NCBI GenBank assembly: GCA_030612025.1
Contig: JAUWOR010000004.1
Coordinates: 76,358 to 140,357, forward strand
Direction: 5' to 3'
DNA from: Dehalococcoidia bacterium
GTDB taxonomy: Bacteria > Chloroflexota > Dehalococcoidia > GIF9 > AB-539-J10
DNA length: 64,000 nucleotides
This document shows, piece after piece, positions 28,007 to 38,666 of this stretch (position 1 is its first letter; every line of letters starts with the position of its first letter). The position numbers were made by a program, and so were the translations under genes. The notes beneath the pieces are model-generated. The model did not search any database. It was not told where the DNA came from and saw only the letters and a program-made list of their open reading frames with translations.

Positions 28007-30405
28007 CTTCGCAAGGTTGCGCCCAGTCCCTGATGTAGTCTATCAAGCATCTGCTTTTGGATTATGTCAACTTCCTCATCAGTTAAAGTATGCTCAGGTG
28101 ATTGATAAACAATCCTTATAGCGAAGGATTTCTTGCCTTCAGGTATTTGCTCACCTCGATAAAAGTCAAAGAGCGTGACTTTCTTTACTAGCGGGAAGCT
28201 CCGGATTACATCCTCCACCTGCTGATAGCTTACTTGCTTATCTATTACTAAGGCGATGTCTCTAGTTATGCTGGGAAACCGTGGGATAGGCTGATACTGC
28301 TTTACTTTAATTGTTTTGCTCAACAACTTCTCTATATCCATTTCAATAAGATAAACAGCATCAGAAAGCTCGAAGGCTTGTGCTACCTTGGGATGCAAGT
28401 TACCTACAATACCAACTTTGTCACCGCCGATGATTATATTAGCTGCCCTTCCAGGTAATAGGCTTTCATCATCGCTGGCTTCAAAGGTTGCTTCTAGTCC
28501 CAATTGGTTCAAAAGGTTCTCTACTACCCCCTTAGCATCAAAAAAAATGAGTTGCGCCTTATTAGCATGCCAGGACAATTCTGCCTCTGGGCCGCTAAGT
28601 GTAGCACAAAGCATCTCCTTTTCTTGTGGCAGCTCATTCCCTTGTGGCAAGAATATCTTGCCGATTTCAAATAATCTTATGCCCTTTTCCTCAATCCTTT
28701 GATTGTGTGCCAAGGTAGTTAGCAAGCCAGGACACAAAGTAGTACGCAAGTATTCTTGCTCCTTAGTCATAGGGTTAGCTATCCTTAGGGGTGGAATCTC
28801 TAGCTCGAACTTTGGAGAAATTTTTTGCAACCTCTCTAAGCTAGTTAAAGAGTAAGTCAGTATTTCTTGAAAACCGCAGCCGGTGAGAATACTTCGTAAT
28901 CTTTGTTTAAACTTGCGCTCTGATGTTGGTTCTTGCTTAGGTAAGGGAGAGCTAAGCCTAGTAACAGGAACCTTGTCATAACCGATAATGCGAACCACCT
29001 CTTCTACCAGGTCAGCAGAGCACCTAATGTCACTACGCCAATAAGAAGTGACTACCAAGATTTGTGACGCTGAGTCGGCATGCTGACATTCAAAGCCCAA
29101 GGATTTTAATACCTTAAGAATCTTAGCTAATGGTACCTTCAAGCCTGAAAGTCGCTCCACCTCCTCAGCAGAAAGTAGTATGTCTTTTGGCTCTAGCTTT
29201 CCTGGATAAACATCAACTATACCCCTGGCTGCTTTACCACCGGCCAGCTCTAGCAGCAATTGAGTAGCCCGCTTCAGCGGCAGCAGTGGTAAGTCAGGAT
29301 TTAGCCCTTTATCAAAGCGAATTGAAGCTTCACTCTGTAAATTAAGGCAGCGGCATCCTTGACGAATGATAGCTTGGTTGAAATTTGCCGACTCCAAGAG
29401 AATAGAAGTGGTTTTATCTGTAACCTCGGTATCTGACCCCCCCATAATTCCAGCAATAGCAACAGCCTTTTCTTTGTCAGCAATGACTAAAGCGTCAGGG
29501 CTAAGGACACGCTCTATTCCATCAAGGGTGGTTATAGTTTCGCCATTTTTAGCCCGACGGACAATAATCTGTTTACCTTCAAGCTTATGATAGTCAAAAG
29601 CATGGAGAGGCTGCCCATATTCCAGCATCACGTAATTGGTAACATCAACCACGTTGTTAATAGGACGCATACCATAGCTACTCAGGCGCTGTTGTAGCCA
29701 GCCAGGAGAAGACGTTACCCTAACCTCCATGATTAAGCTAGCGCAGTACCTAGGACATAAACTTGGGTCAATTATGTCAACCTTGACAAAGGAATCTATC
29801 AGAGCCTCTGTTTCTTCATAGCCTAACTCGGGCAAATGAAGTGGTTGCTCAGTAAGAGCAGCAATTTCTCTCGCAATGCCAATTATGGATAAGCAATCTG
29901 GGCGATTGGGTGTTATATCTAAATCAAAAATAACATCGCCTAAATAGTCTCTAAGAGGCATGCCTATGGGAGCTTCTGGTGGTAATACCATGATGCCCTC
30001 ATGACTATCAGAGATCCCCAATTCCTTTTCAGAGCAAACCATGCCCTCAGAAAGAATGCCACGAATTTCAGCTGGCTTTAGCAAAATAAGTTTCCCAGTA
30101 TGACCATCTATAAGTTGTGCTCCTACAGAAGCGAAAGGCACCTTCTGCCCGAGGCTAATGTTTGGGGCACCGCAAACTACAGTAATCTGCTGGGGGCCGA
30201 GATTAACAGTAGCTAGCCTTAGGCGATCTGCATTAGGATGTGGATTTAAAGCTATCACTTCTCCTACTACTATGTTGTTCCAGGTGCTGCCTGTAATCTG
30301 TAGGTCTTTGACTTCCACGCCGGCCATAGTTAGCTTTCTAGCTAGCTCTTTAGGAGCAAGCTTGATGTCACTATAATCTTTAAGCCATTTAAGCGAAGCT
30401 TTCAT
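28003..30405 (-). CDS. pheT: Phenylalanine--tRNA ligase beta subunit
   Basis: DITPNRPDC, DLVEEVVRI, C-terminal FDX-ACB domain. Confidence 0.96.
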   Translation of the reverse strand: MKASLKWLKDYSDIKLAPKELARKLTMAGVEVKDLQITGSTWNNIVVGEVIALNPHPNADRLRLATVNLGPQQITVVCGAPNISLGQKVPFASVGAQLIDGHTGKLILLKPAEIRGILSEGMVCSEKELGISDSHEGIMVLPPEAPIGMPLRDYLGDVIFDLDITPNRPDCLSIIGIAREIAALTEQPLHLPELGYEETEALIDSFVKVDIIDPSLCPRYCASLIMEVRVTSSPGWLQQRLSSYGMRPINNVVDVTNYVMLEYGQPLHAFDYHKLEGKQIIVRRAKNGETITTLDGIERVLSPDALVIADKEKAVAIAGIMGGSDTEVTDKTTSILLESANFNQAIIRQGCRCLNLQSEASIRFDKGLNPDLPLLPLKRATQLLLELAGGKAARGIVDVYPGKLEPKDILLSAEEVERLSGLKVPLAKILKVLKSLGFECQHADSASQILVVTSYWRSDIRCSADLVEEVVRIIGYDKVPVTRLSSPLPKQEPTSERKFKQRLRSILTGCGFQEILTYSLTSLERLQKISPKFELEIPPLRIANPMTKEQEYLRTTLCPGLLTTLAHNQRIEEKGIRLFEIGKIFLPQGNELPQEKEMLCATLSGPEAELSWHANKAQLIFFDAKGVVENLLNQLGLEATFEASDDESLLPGRAANIIIGGDKVGIVGNLHPKVAQAFELSDAVYLIEMDIEKLLSKTIKVKQYQPIPRFPSITRDIALVIDKQVSYQQVEDVIRSFPLVKKVTLFDFYRGEQIPEGKKSFAIRIVYQSPEHTLTDEEVDIIQKQMLDRLHQGLGATLRS

Positions 30406-30420
30406 GTTAGCTACTAAAAT

Positions 30421-31455
30421 CTAGAATTGTTTTAAAAACCTAAGGTCATTACGGTAAAAGAGGCGAATATCGTCTATGCCGTAGCGAAGCATGGCGATGC
30501 GCTCTACACCCATACCAAAGGCAAAGCCACTATAGATTTCAGGATCAATATCACCACGCTTGAGGACATCAGGGTGGGTCATCCCTGCGCCCAATATTTC
30601 AATCCAGCCGCTGTAGCCACACAGTCGGCAGCCAGTTCCATGACAGGCTGAGCACTCAATAGCCACCTCCACCCCAGGTTCGACAAAGGGGAAGTAATCA
30701 CATCGGAAGCGTACTTTCCTTTCCTCACCAAAAAGGCAACGACTAAATTCAAACAAAGTGCCTTTCAAATCAGCCAAAGTAATATCCTTGTCTATAGCTA
30801 ATCCTTCAACCTGATATAACATAGATTCATGGGTAACATCGGTTGCTTCATATCTATAAACCCGCCCTGGCATTATAGCTCTTATCGGTGGGCGCTTCTT
30901 TTCCATCAGCCTTATCTGCATCGGCGAAGTATGGGTGCGCAAAAGCCTAGATTCTTTATCCATCTCGGGATCTACCCACAAAGTGGCGAACATATCCCGT
31001 GCCGGGTGCCATTGAGGGATATTTAGAGCCTCAAAGTTATAATAATCCCACTCAACATCAGGCCCCTCAAAAACTTGAAAACCCATGTTCTTGAAAACAT
31101 CACAAATTTCCTCCAGTACTTGGGGGATGGGGTGAAGTCGTCCTATGGGGACAGGCCGACCAGGCAAAGTAACATCTAACCCTTCACGCTCTAAGGAAGT
31201 AGCCAGATGGATTTCTTCTAGAAACTTTCTCTTTTCAACTAGGCCAGATTCTAAAGCTCTCTTGATTTCATTAGCTTGGGCGCCTACTTTTTTTCGCTCC
31301 TCTAGAGGTAAGGTAGCTAAAGAGCGCAAAATTTGAGTTAACTTGCTTTTCTTGCCCAACTGGTGAACTCGCCATGAGCTGAGTTCCCTAAGTTCGCTAA
31401 CTTGGTTTAATTCACTCAGAGCCTCTCGGCGAAGTTCCTTAAGTTGCTTGAGCAT
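30421..31455 (-). CDS. pheS: Phenylalanine--tRNA ligase alpha subunit
   Basis: HPARDM, LRTHTS, FPFVEP, GFAFGMG. Confidence 0.96.
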   Translation of the reverse strand: MLKQLKELRREALSELNQVSELRELSSWRVHQLGKKSKLTQILRSLATLPLEERKKVGAQANEIKRALESGLVEKRKFLEEIHLATSLEREGLDVTLPGRPVPIGRLHPIPQVLEEICDVFKNMGFQVFEGPDVEWDYYNFEALNIPQWHPARDMFATLWVDPEMDKESRLLRTHTSPMQIRLMEKKRPPIRAIMPGRVYRYEATDVTHESMLYQVEGLAIDKDITLADLKGTLFEFSRCLFGEERKVRFRCDYFPFVEPGVEVAIECSACHGTGCRLCGYSGWIEILGAGMTHPDVLKRGDIDPEIYSGFAFGMGVERIAMLRYGIDDIRLFYRNDLRFLKQF

Positions 31456-31816
31456 TTGTGTTTTCAGATGAAACAGAAGCCATTAATTTAGCCAGGCCTT
31501 CAGGATCCTTAACTGCCATCTCAGCTAGCATCTTGCGGTTTATTTCCCTGTTTGATTTCTTTAAGCTAGCCATAAACTGACTGTAGGAAAGCCCTTGAGC
31601 TCGTGCTGCGGCATTGATGCGAGCAATCCATAATCTCCTGAAATTGCCTTTTCGCTCTCGACGGTGGCAGTAAGCGTAATCCAAAGCATGAAGCATAGAT
31701 TCATGAGCTGTGCGATATAAGGCATGTCGTGCCCCAGAATGGCCCTTGGTTAACTCAAGTGCCTTTTTATGGCGCCTATGAGTGACTTTCCCGCTTTTAG
31801 CTCGTGGCAAAATCAT
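31439..31816 (-). CDS. rplT: 50S ribosomal protein L20
   Basis: PRAKSG...[14 protein letters not shown]. Confidence 0.95.
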   Translation of the reverse strand: MILPRAKSGKVTHRRHKKALELTKGHSGARHALYRTAHESMLHALDYAYCHRRERKGNFRRLWIARINAAARAQGLSYSQFMASLKKSNREINRKMLAEMAVKDPEGLAKLMASVSSENTNAQAT

Positions 31817-32162
31817 CCTCCCTTAGCTTTATTTCCGGAAGTCGCTTTTTCTCTTTGGTAATAGAATAAACTACTATTAACGCAACACCAATAAATAGGA
31901 AGACAAGTCCGGGGATACCGGTTGCCTTGCCTATCCGGAAAGCAAAAGCGCTGATGATAAGAGCTATACCTATCCCGGTTACTATGGAGCCTGCAAGCAA
32001 GAATCCCCAACCAGGAGGGCCTAGTGGTTTTGCTTGCTTTGGCTGGTATAGCCCCTTCTCTATTAAAGCCATATCTTTTTTATGCTCCCAATAAATTGCC
32101 CAGCCACCACAAGATATACCAAGGACTATTGCCAAGATAGGAATTAGAAGGGCCCAATTCAT
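31797..32162 (-). CDS. Three-TM membrane protein inserted between rpmI and rplT
   Basis: Hydrophobic segments and an ALIEKG motif (DUF6249-like, recalled); has its own AAGGAG RBS. Confidence 0.7.
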   Translation of the reverse strand: MNWALLIPILAIVLGISCGGWAIYWEHKKDMALIEKGLYQPKQAKPLGPPGWGFLLAGSIVTGIGIALIISAFAFRIGKATGIPGLVFLFIGVALIVVYSITKEKKRLPEIKLREDDFATS

Positions 32163-32180
32163 TTTTTAATCTCCTTTATA

Positions 32181-32378
32181 CTATTTATAAGGCAAAAGTC
32201 TTCCTACTCGCTTTTTATCTGCCGAAGAGACTGACATAAGCTCGTCATAAAGACGCTTGGTTCGAGGAGCTTTTTTCCGTCTTAAGTGGCTTTTGCCACA
32301 CTTAGTCCGCATGAGCTTGCCACTACCTGTTATGTGAAAGCGCCCCTTCACTCCTTTATGAGTCTTAAGTTTTGGCAT
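32181..32378 (-). CDS. rpmI: 50S ribosomal protein L35
   Basis: MPKLKTHKG... Confidence 0.95.
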   Translation of the reverse strand: MPKLKTHKGVKGRFHITGSGKLMRTKCGKSHLRRKKAPRTKRLYDELMSVSSADKKRVGRLLPYK

Positions 32379-32913
32379 CTGATTTCACCACCGTAGATTT
32401 TTTCGCCGGAGAAGGCAAAAGGATTAAAGCTATATGCCTTGCATCCTTAACAAGATGGTCGCTTGCTACTGCTTCTTCTTTTAAGGCTTCGGCCACCTTC
32501 TGTAGCACCTTCCAACCTAATTCGGGATAAATAACCTCACGTCCTCTAAACCTCACCGATACCCTTACTTTACTACCTTCCTCCAGCAATTTTCTTATTG
32601 TTCTAATCTTCGCTTGTAAATCATGTTCCTCAATTTTTGGTCTAAAACGAACTTCTCTAAGCAAGCCAATTTTTTGACTCCTTTTTACTTTCCGTTCTTT
32701 TTTCGATTGTTCATATTTATACTTTCCATAATCAAGAAGCCGACATACCGGTGGAATGACCGTTGGTGATACTTCAACTAAATCAAGGCCATGTTCTAGA
32801 GCAAGCATTGCAGCTTGCTGCAGAGGTACTATACCCAGCTGTTCTCCTTCCTCTCCTATAAGCCGAACTTCTTTAACTCTAATTTGCCTATTAATCCGTA
32901 AGTGTTTAACTAT
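32365..32913 (-). CDS. infC: Translation initiation factor IF-3 (ATA start)
   Basis: Frame extends upstream to ATA-VKHLRINRQIRVKEVRLI with a GAGGTG RBS; LDLVEV, DYGKYKY. Confidence 0.95.
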   Translation of the reverse strand: MVKHLRINRQIRVKEVRLIGEEGEQLGIVPLQQAAMLALEHGLDLVEVSPTVIPPVCRLLDYGKYKYEQSKKERKVKRSQKIGLLREVRFRPKIEEHDLQAKIRTIRKLLEEGSKVRVSVRFRGREVIYPELGWKVLQKVAEALKEEAVASDHLVKDARHIALILLPSPAKKSTVVKSDAKT

Positions 32914-32937
32914 ATCTTTTCCACCTCATAAAGTAAT

Positions 32938-34659
32938 TTAGCGCTTGGCCTCTATATCTCTTCTTATCTTTGCCTTGACCTGTGAAATAGTTTGCGAGCC
33001 TATATCCTCGCCACTCCTTAAGCGAAGCGACACATTGGACGAAGCTACCTCATTATCACCAACTATAATCATGCATGGTATCTTATTTAGTTGGGCTTCC
33101 CTTATTTTCAAGTTCATTCTCTCTGAGCGGTCGTCAACCTGAGTGCGAATGCCCTCTTCTTTAAGCTCATTTCCCACTTGGTGAGCATAATCAATATGAC
33201 GATCCGCTATAGGAATTATTACAGCCTGAACTGGTGATAGCCACACAGGAAAAGCACCACCATAATGCTCAATAAGACAAGCTAAGAAGCGTTCCATGCT
33301 TCCTAAAACAGTGCGATGTATCATTGTTACATTGTGTTCTAAGCCATCAGCACCAATGTAACAAACATTAAATCGTTGTGGCAAATTGAAATCGACCTGA
33401 ATGGTAGGGCCTTGCCAAGCATGTCCTAAAGCATCTCTAAGTTTAATATCAATCTTAGGTCCGTAAAAAACTCCTTCGCCAGGATCCAGTTTGTAGGGCA
33501 ATTTAAGTTTTTCTAAGACCCTTCTTAAAGATTCTGTAGCTCCCTCCCACATTTCAATAGTCCCAGCATATTTCTCCGGACGTGTGGATAATAGCAATTC
33601 ATAATCACCAAAGCCGAAAGTGGACATCATAAACTTTGCTAGTTCTACCACTCCCATTACTTCTGCTTCAGTTTGGTCAAGGCGGCAGAAAATATGAGCA
33701 TCGTCTTGAGTGAATCCCCTTACTCTAGCTAAGCCATGTAGCACCCCGGTGCGCTCATACCTATATACCGTGCCTAATTCGGCATACCTCAGAGGTAAAT
33801 CGCGATAGCTACGCAGTTGACTTTTATAAATCATGATATGTCCCAAGCAATTCATCGGCTTTATTATGTATTGTTGTCCTTCTACTTCCATTGGTGAATA
33901 TAAGTAATCCCGATAAAATTCCCAGTGCCCGCTGGTTTTCCACAAATCTAACTTGGCAATATGAGGAGTATAGACAATATCGTAGCCTTGCTTAATATGT
34001 TCCGCCTTCCAAAAATCCTCAATAATCCGCCGAATTAAAGCACCTTTAGGGTGCCAACAAATTAAACCAGGGCCAATTTCCTCGTGAATACTGAAAAGAT
34101 CGAGCTCTTTGCCTAGCTTCCTATGGTCTCGTTTGGCAGCTTCAGCCTGGCACAATAAATAATCCTCAAGCTCTGCTTGGCTATCAAAAGCTACACTATA
34201 AATTCTCTGCAACATGGGTTGTCTCTCATCGCCACGCCAATATGCTCCGGCGATATGAGTAAGCTTAAACGTTTTCACTTCCCCTGTAGAAGCTATATGG
34301 GGGCCACGGCATAAATCGGTAAAAGAACCTTGCTTATAGATAGCTACTATAGCATCAGGGAGTTCATTAATAAGCTCCAGTTTATAAGGTTGGGTGGCAA
34401 AAAGGAGACGTGCTTTCTCCTTGCTTACCTCCTCTCTGATGAAAGGCAAATCAGCATCAATAATCTCCTTCATTTTGCTTTCAATTATGGGCATGTCTTC
34501 TTGTGTTAACGGACGTGGTAGCTCAAAATCATAATAAAAGCCATTTTCAATAGCTGGTCCAATGCCAAATTTGGCCCCGGGGAAAAGGGATTGCACGGCC
34601 TCGGCCATGATGTGAGCAGCAGAGTGACGCATCCTTTCCAATCTCTCTTCTCTATTCAT
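32938..34659 (-). CDS. thrS: Threonine--tRNA ligase
   Basis: HSAAH, DLCRGPH, KPMNC, RVRGFTQDDAH. Confidence 0.97.
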   Translation of the reverse strand: MNREERLERMRHSAAHIMAEAVQSLFPGAKFGIGPAIENGFYYDFELPRPLTQEDMPIIESKMKEIIDADLPFIREEVSKEKARLLFATQPYKLELINELPDAIVAIYKQGSFTDLCRGPHIASTGEVKTFKLTHIAGAYWRGDERQPMLQRIYSVAFDSQAELEDYLLCQAEAAKRDHRKLGKELDLFSIHEEIGPGLICWHPKGALIRRIIEDFWKAEHIKQGYDIVYTPHIAKLDLWKTSGHWEFYRDYLYSPMEVEGQQYIIKPMNCLGHIMIYKSQLRSYRDLPLRYAELGTVYRYERTGVLHGLARVRGFTQDDAHIFCRLDQTEAEVMGVVELAKFMMSTFGFGDYELLLSTRPEKYAGTIEMWEGATESLRRVLEKLKLPYKLDPGEGVFYGPKIDIKLRDALGHAWQGPTIQVDFNLPQRFNVCYIGADGLEHNVTMIHRTVLGSMERFLACLIEHYGGAFPVWLSPVQAVIIPIADRHIDYAHQVGNELKEEGIRTQVDDRSERMNLKIREAQLNKIPCMIIVGDNEVASSNVSLRLRSGEDIGSQTISQVKAKIRRDIEAKR

Positions 34660-34897
34660 TATTATTAAGCTCTTACCCTGTAACTAAATAAAAAGGCTCA
34701 TGCCTAAAACGCGAGGTTTTATAAAATTAAATCCCATTGGAAATTTAAGACGTGACAAGCTGTTAGCTTTTACCTTCCGATGTTTTAGCCCTTTTTATCA
34801 GCATCCACTAATCAATTGAGAGGAAATGCTCCCCACTACAAAATAACTAACCCCCTAATTCACTCTCATATATTTATATTATCATGTTTGCTAAATA

Positions 34898-34970
34898 TGG
34901 GCGATACTGGATTTGAACCAGTGACCTCTGCGATGTCAACGCAGCGCTCTAACCGCTGAGCTAACCGCCC
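34898..34970 (-). tRNA. tRNA-Val (anticodon GAC)
   Basis: gggcggt acceptor, ctgcg-ttgacat-cgcag anticodon arm, GGTTCAAATC T-loop. Confidence 0.95.
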
Positions 34971-35073
34971 CTTTTGACCGATTGTAGCAGACATATATAG
35001 GAAGTTCAAATCTTCACAATAGACGGTCATTCCACAACACCTACCTGTCATTCCGCGTTTTTCGCTGCCTCCT

Positions 35074-35142
35074 TGCGGAGTTTACCCTGAGTGCGATTCT
35101 TCGGTCGCTTCTCTCCCTCAGAATGACAGGAAAGCGAAGGGC
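35074..35142. repeat. Family B element (intergenic)
   Basis: gcggagtttaccctgagtgcgattcttcggtcgcttctctccctcagaatgacaggaaagcgaaggg. Confidence 0.8.
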
Positions 35143-35244
35143 CAGAGCTTCACCTCAGGATAATAAAATAAACGGTCTTCAAGATGGCGAGAATTATAGT
35201 ACGTGATATAATAGAGTTACCCTTGCCACATAATATGGGCTAAG

Positions 35245-35667
35245 ATGATTGAGAAGGCTTTTGAAATCACTGATCATACTGCTGACGTAGGCATTATTGC
35301 TTATGGAGCTAATATTAAGCAGCTCTTTTCCAATGCTGCTTTAGCCTTGTTTAGCTTGATCACGGAGGTCGGAAGCATTAATGAGAAATTGCGGCGCCAC
35401 ATAGAAATAGTTAGTGAAGACAAAGATAGCTTACTAGTAGAATGGCTTAATGAGCTTATTTACCTCTTTGATGCTGAGCACGTTTTGTTTAGGAGATTCC
35501 ATATCGAGAGTTTGGCTAATAACCAGCTTAGAGCCACCTGCTATGGGGAAGATTTTGACCCTCTAAAGCACAAGATAAAGACGGGAGTGAAAGCAGCTAC
35601 ATACCATATGTTAAAGATAAACAGGAATAACAGCGGTTATGAAGTTCAAATAATTTTTGATGTTTAA
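35245..35667 (+). CDS. Archease
   Basis: DHTADVG, WLNELIY, VKAATYH, IFDV C-terminus. Confidence 0.93.
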   Translation: MIEKAFEITDHTADVGIIAYGANIKQLFSNAALALFSLITEVGSINEKLRRHIEIVSEDKDSLLVEWLNELIYLFDAEHVLFRRFHIESLANNQLRATCYGEDFDPLKHKIKTGVKAATYHMLKINRNNSGYEVQIIFDV

Positions 35668-35678
35668 GGAGTTAAGGC

Positions 35679-37136
35679 ATGCCACAATGGCAAGGACAAC
35701 TTGTTAAGATAGACGATTATCATTGGGAAATTCCTCAGAGCTACAAAGATGGCATGAGAGTTCCCGGGTTAATCTATGCTAGCGAAGAGATGCTAGCGTC
35801 CATGCGTGAGGAACAAACACCAGAACAAGTCGCCAATGTTGCCTTTCTTCCCGGCATAGTTAAATTCTCCTTTGCTATGCCAGACATCCACTGGGGTTAC
35901 GGCTTCCCTATAGGTGGAGTTGCTGCCATGAGTGTTAAGGACGGCGTAATTTCCCCGGGCGGTGTGGGTTATGACATAAACTGCGGGGTAAGGTTGTTAC
36001 GTACCAATCTTAATGAAGCTGAAGTAAGACCTAAGATCGACCAGCTCGTTAACCGACTATTCGCTAATGTGCCCTCTGGTTTGGGCTCTGAGGGAAAAAT
36101 AAAGGTAAGCCGAAAAGAAATGAATGAATTGATGGCTGGAGGGGCCCGCTGGGCAGTAAAGCGTGGCTTCGGTTCCGAGGAAGACTTAGATGCCACTGAA
36201 GAGGGCGGATGCCTGAAGGGAGCCGATCCGAGTAAGATAAGCGATAAAGCCATAAAGCGGGGTATGCCTCAAGCGGGCACATTAGGCTCAGGAAATCATT
36301 TCCTCGAGGTTCAGGTAGTGAGGGAGATCTTTGACCCAAAGATAGCTAGCGTCATGGGTATTAACCAAATAGGCCAGGTATTGGTTCTAATTCACACCGG
36401 CTCCCGAGGCTTTGGTCATCAGGTATGCACTGACCATCTGAGGGTGATGGAAGGGGCGGTATCAAAGTATGGCATAAAACTTCCTGATCGCCAGCTTGCT
36501 TGTGCCCCTATAGAATCAAAGGAAGGTAGAGACTATTTAGCTGCCATGGCATGTGCTGCCAATTATGCCTGGGTTAATCGGCAATGCATTGTTCACTGGG
36601 TTAGAGAATGTTTTTCTAAAGTCTTTGAAAAAAGTCCTGAGAAACTCGGCATGAAACAGATTTACGATGTGGCGCACAACATCGCTAAGATAGAGGAACA
36701 TATGGTAAATGGGCAGAAACTCAAGGTTTGTGTACATCGCAAAGGCGCCACCAGAGCTTTCCCACCTAACCATAAAGACATTCCTCAGAGATATAAGGAG
36801 ATAGGGCAGCCGGTGCTTATCCCAGGAGATATGGGGCGTTGCTCTTTCATTGCTGTGGGCACCCAGAAGGCTATGGAGGAAAGCTTTGGCTCTACCTGTC
36901 ATGGTGCTGGCAGAATGCTAAGTCGCCATGCCGCTAGGCGAAGCTTGAGAGGTAAGGATATAGCTCAAGATTTGAAGAGGAGGGGTATCACTATTAAGAC
37001 AGGGGACATACCCTCTCTAGCTGAGGAAGCATCTCAGGCTTATAAAGATGTCACCGAAGTGATAGAGGTCTGCCACCAAGCCGGCATTTCTAAGAAAGTA
37101 GCCATGACTGTCCCCCTAGGTGTTATTAAAGGCTAG
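35679..37136 (+). CDS. rtcB: RNA 3'-phosphate/5'-OH ligase RtcB
   Basis: MPDIHWGYGFPIGG, GYDINCG, GNHF, HRKGATR, HGAGR. Confidence 0.96.
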   Translation: MPQWQGQLVKIDDYHWEIPQSYKDGMRVPGLIYASEEMLASMREEQTPEQVANVAFLPGIVKFSFAMPDIHWGYGFPIGGVAAMSVKDGVISPGGVGYDINCGVRLLRTNLNEAEVRPKIDQLVNRLFANVPSGLGSEGKIKVSRKEMNELMAGGARWAVKRGFGSEEDLDATEEGGCLKGADPSKISDKAIKRGMPQAGTLGSGNHFLEVQVVREIFDPKIASVMGINQIGQVLVLIHTGSRGFGHQVCTDHLRVMEGAVSKYGIKLPDRQLACAPIESKEGRDYLAAMACAANYAWVNRQCIVHWVRECFSKVFEKSPEKLGMKQIYDVAHNIAKIEEHMVNGQKLKVCVHRKGATRAFPPNHKDIPQRYKEIGQPVLIPGDMGRCSFIAVGTQKAMEESFGSTCHGAGRMLSRHAARRSLRGKDIAQDLKRRGITIKTGDIPSLAEEASQAYKDVTEVIEVCHQAGISKKVAMTVPLGVIKG

Positions 37137-37142
37137 AGCAAC

Positions 37143-37172
37143 ATGTCATTGCGAGCGAAGCGAAGCAATCCC
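37143..37172. repeat. Family B half-element forming the 5' end of the SagB-like gene
   Basis: atgtcattgcgagcgaagcgaagcaatccc, read as MSLRAKRSNP. Confidence 0.8.
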
Positions 37173-37805
37173 CAGCTTGTAATAAAGCTTCCACCTCCTC
37201 AGCTAAAAGGTAAGATGTCGCTGGAAGAAGCTATAGCTAGCCGTAGGTCAGTTCGAAGATATCGCTCAGAACCATTAACATCTTCTCAGTTATCTCAGCT
37301 TCTCTGGTCAGCTCAGGGTATTACCGGGGCCGGGAGACTTAGAGCAGCACCCAGCGCTGGAGCTACATATCCTCTGGAAATTTTTGCCTTTATTGGCAAA
37401 CAAGGTGTCATTGCGAGCGAAGCGAAGCAACCTAAAGAGGAGCTACAAGCTGGCATTTACCACTACGATGTGGATAGTCATTCACTGGTTTTGCATCAGC
37501 CAGGGGACTTAAGGAAAGAGCTAGCTAGGGCAGCTCTGGATGAGGGATTCATTGCCAATGCCCCACTGGATATCGTTATCTGTGCCCTTTATCCCAGGAC
37601 CTCCTATAGATATGGCCGGCGCGGGGAAAGATATGTTCACATGGAAGTAGGGCATGTCGGGGAAAACATCCACCTTCAAGCTGTAGCTCTGGGCTTGGCC
37701 ACAGTGGAAGTCGGTGCATTTGATGATGAGGGGGTAAGAGAAGTTCTAGGAGTGGAAGAACAGATTAAGCCTTTGTACATCATGCCCATTGGCAACCCGC
37801 TGTAG
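37143..37805 (+). CDS. SagB/ThcOx-type nitroreductase-family protein
   Basis: RRSVR, RAAPSAGATYPLE, EVGHVGEN. Confidence 0.88.
   Translation: MSLRAKRSNPQLVIKLPPPQLKGKMSLEEAIASRRSVRRYRSEPLTSSQLSQLLWSAQGITGAGRLRAAPSAGATYPLEIFAFIGKQGVIASEAKQPKEELQAGIYHYDVDSHSLVLHQPGDLRKELARAALDEGFIANAPLDIVICALYPRTSYRYGRRGERYVHMEVGHVGENIHLQAVALGLATVEVGAFDDEGVREVLGVEEQIKPLYIMPIGNPL
37406..37433. repeat. Second family B half-element, in frame in the SagB-like gene
   Basis: tgtcattgcgagcgaagcgaagcaacct, read as VIASEAKQP. Confidence 0.85.
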
Positions 37806-38201
37806 GGAGTAAAATCGCTCGTTCTCCATTCAGTTTTGCCTCATAGCGTGGCTGGCTTTGCAACTGCTGCTATTTGGTGTTTTGCCGGTGGCTTGTGCGT
37901 CATATTCAGCAATGCCTTTAGAAAGCTAGCAGCTAAATAGGCTTAGGTCCTAAGGTGGGAGCTTTCTCATACTCCTTAGATCTCCAATAACAGATTTCAT
38001 CCAACATCCCACATATCCGAGGTTGCCCATAAAGTGGGCAATTTGAGTAAGCGTAAGCGAAGCTCCGTGCCCGCTGTTAAGCAACCCCCTTAGGGACAAG
38101 TAGCGAAGCGCCACAGAGTACCCAAGCTTGATTTTTTTAGATTTTCAAGTCAAGTCTTCCATTCTTTCTCTTAGAAGAAACCATAAGAGAAATAGGGAAT
38201 T

Positions 38202-38534
38202 TTATTCTTTTCCTTTTTCTGAAAACCAGCCTTCCCTTTTCATTACTTCTGTCGAAACCCTGCTGCTTGGACCGTCTCCCCTAGCTACGGCAACAGCGAC
38301 GTTCTCCCCGACTGCCTCCGCTATCTGCGCAACGTTTCTATGTGTAAATCCTGGGCAGAGGAGGATTGAGTGAATGCCTTCATCCTTGACAAGCTTTTGG
38401 CACACTTCGACTGCTCCATCTTGATCCTTGACCAGCACTACAAAGAGTTTGTATTTGGACGTTTCAATCACGCACCTGTGCTTCTCTGGCTCTGCATCCG
38501 GGGTATGAGCCAAGAAGACTGCTTTAAATGCCAT
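38202..38534 (-). CDS. Conserved hypothetical protein (DUF6506-like)
   Basis: EGIHSILLCPGF, VAVARGDGPS; GGAGGTG RBS. Confidence 0.7.
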   Translation of the reverse strand: MAFKAVFLAHTPDAEPEKHRCVIETSKYKLFVVLVKDQDGAVEVCQKLVKDEGIHSILLCPGFTHRNVAQIAEAVGENVAVAVARGDGPSSRVSTEVMKREGWFSEKGKE

Positions 38535-38559
38535 ATTTATCACCTCCTATTGTAATTTC

Positions 38560-38666
38560 AGGCTGTTTAATTTTGATTCCCCGTTCAATTTCAGCCATCT
38601 TTGTAGTTGCCTGATTTATCAGGTACAGTCGCCCAATAAATTGGGCAACTACATTTTCAAACGGCG
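38560..38666. mobile_element. Family A element
   Basis: aggctgtttaattttg...tgtagttgcctgatttatcagg...gcccaataaattgggcaactaca...aaacggc. Confidence 0.8.

Noticed and set aside
34660-34890. T-box leader upstream of thrS
   Set aside because: No recognisable T-box (AGGGTGGNACCGCG) or terminator found by eye.
35245-37136. Archease-rtcB as a novel system
   Set aside because: Well-known pairing; neither tRNA in the window has an intron.
38020-38125. Palindrome ttgcccataaagtgggcaa and GC-rich stretch as an ncRNA
   Set aside because: Resembles a degenerate family A hairpin; no assignable structure.
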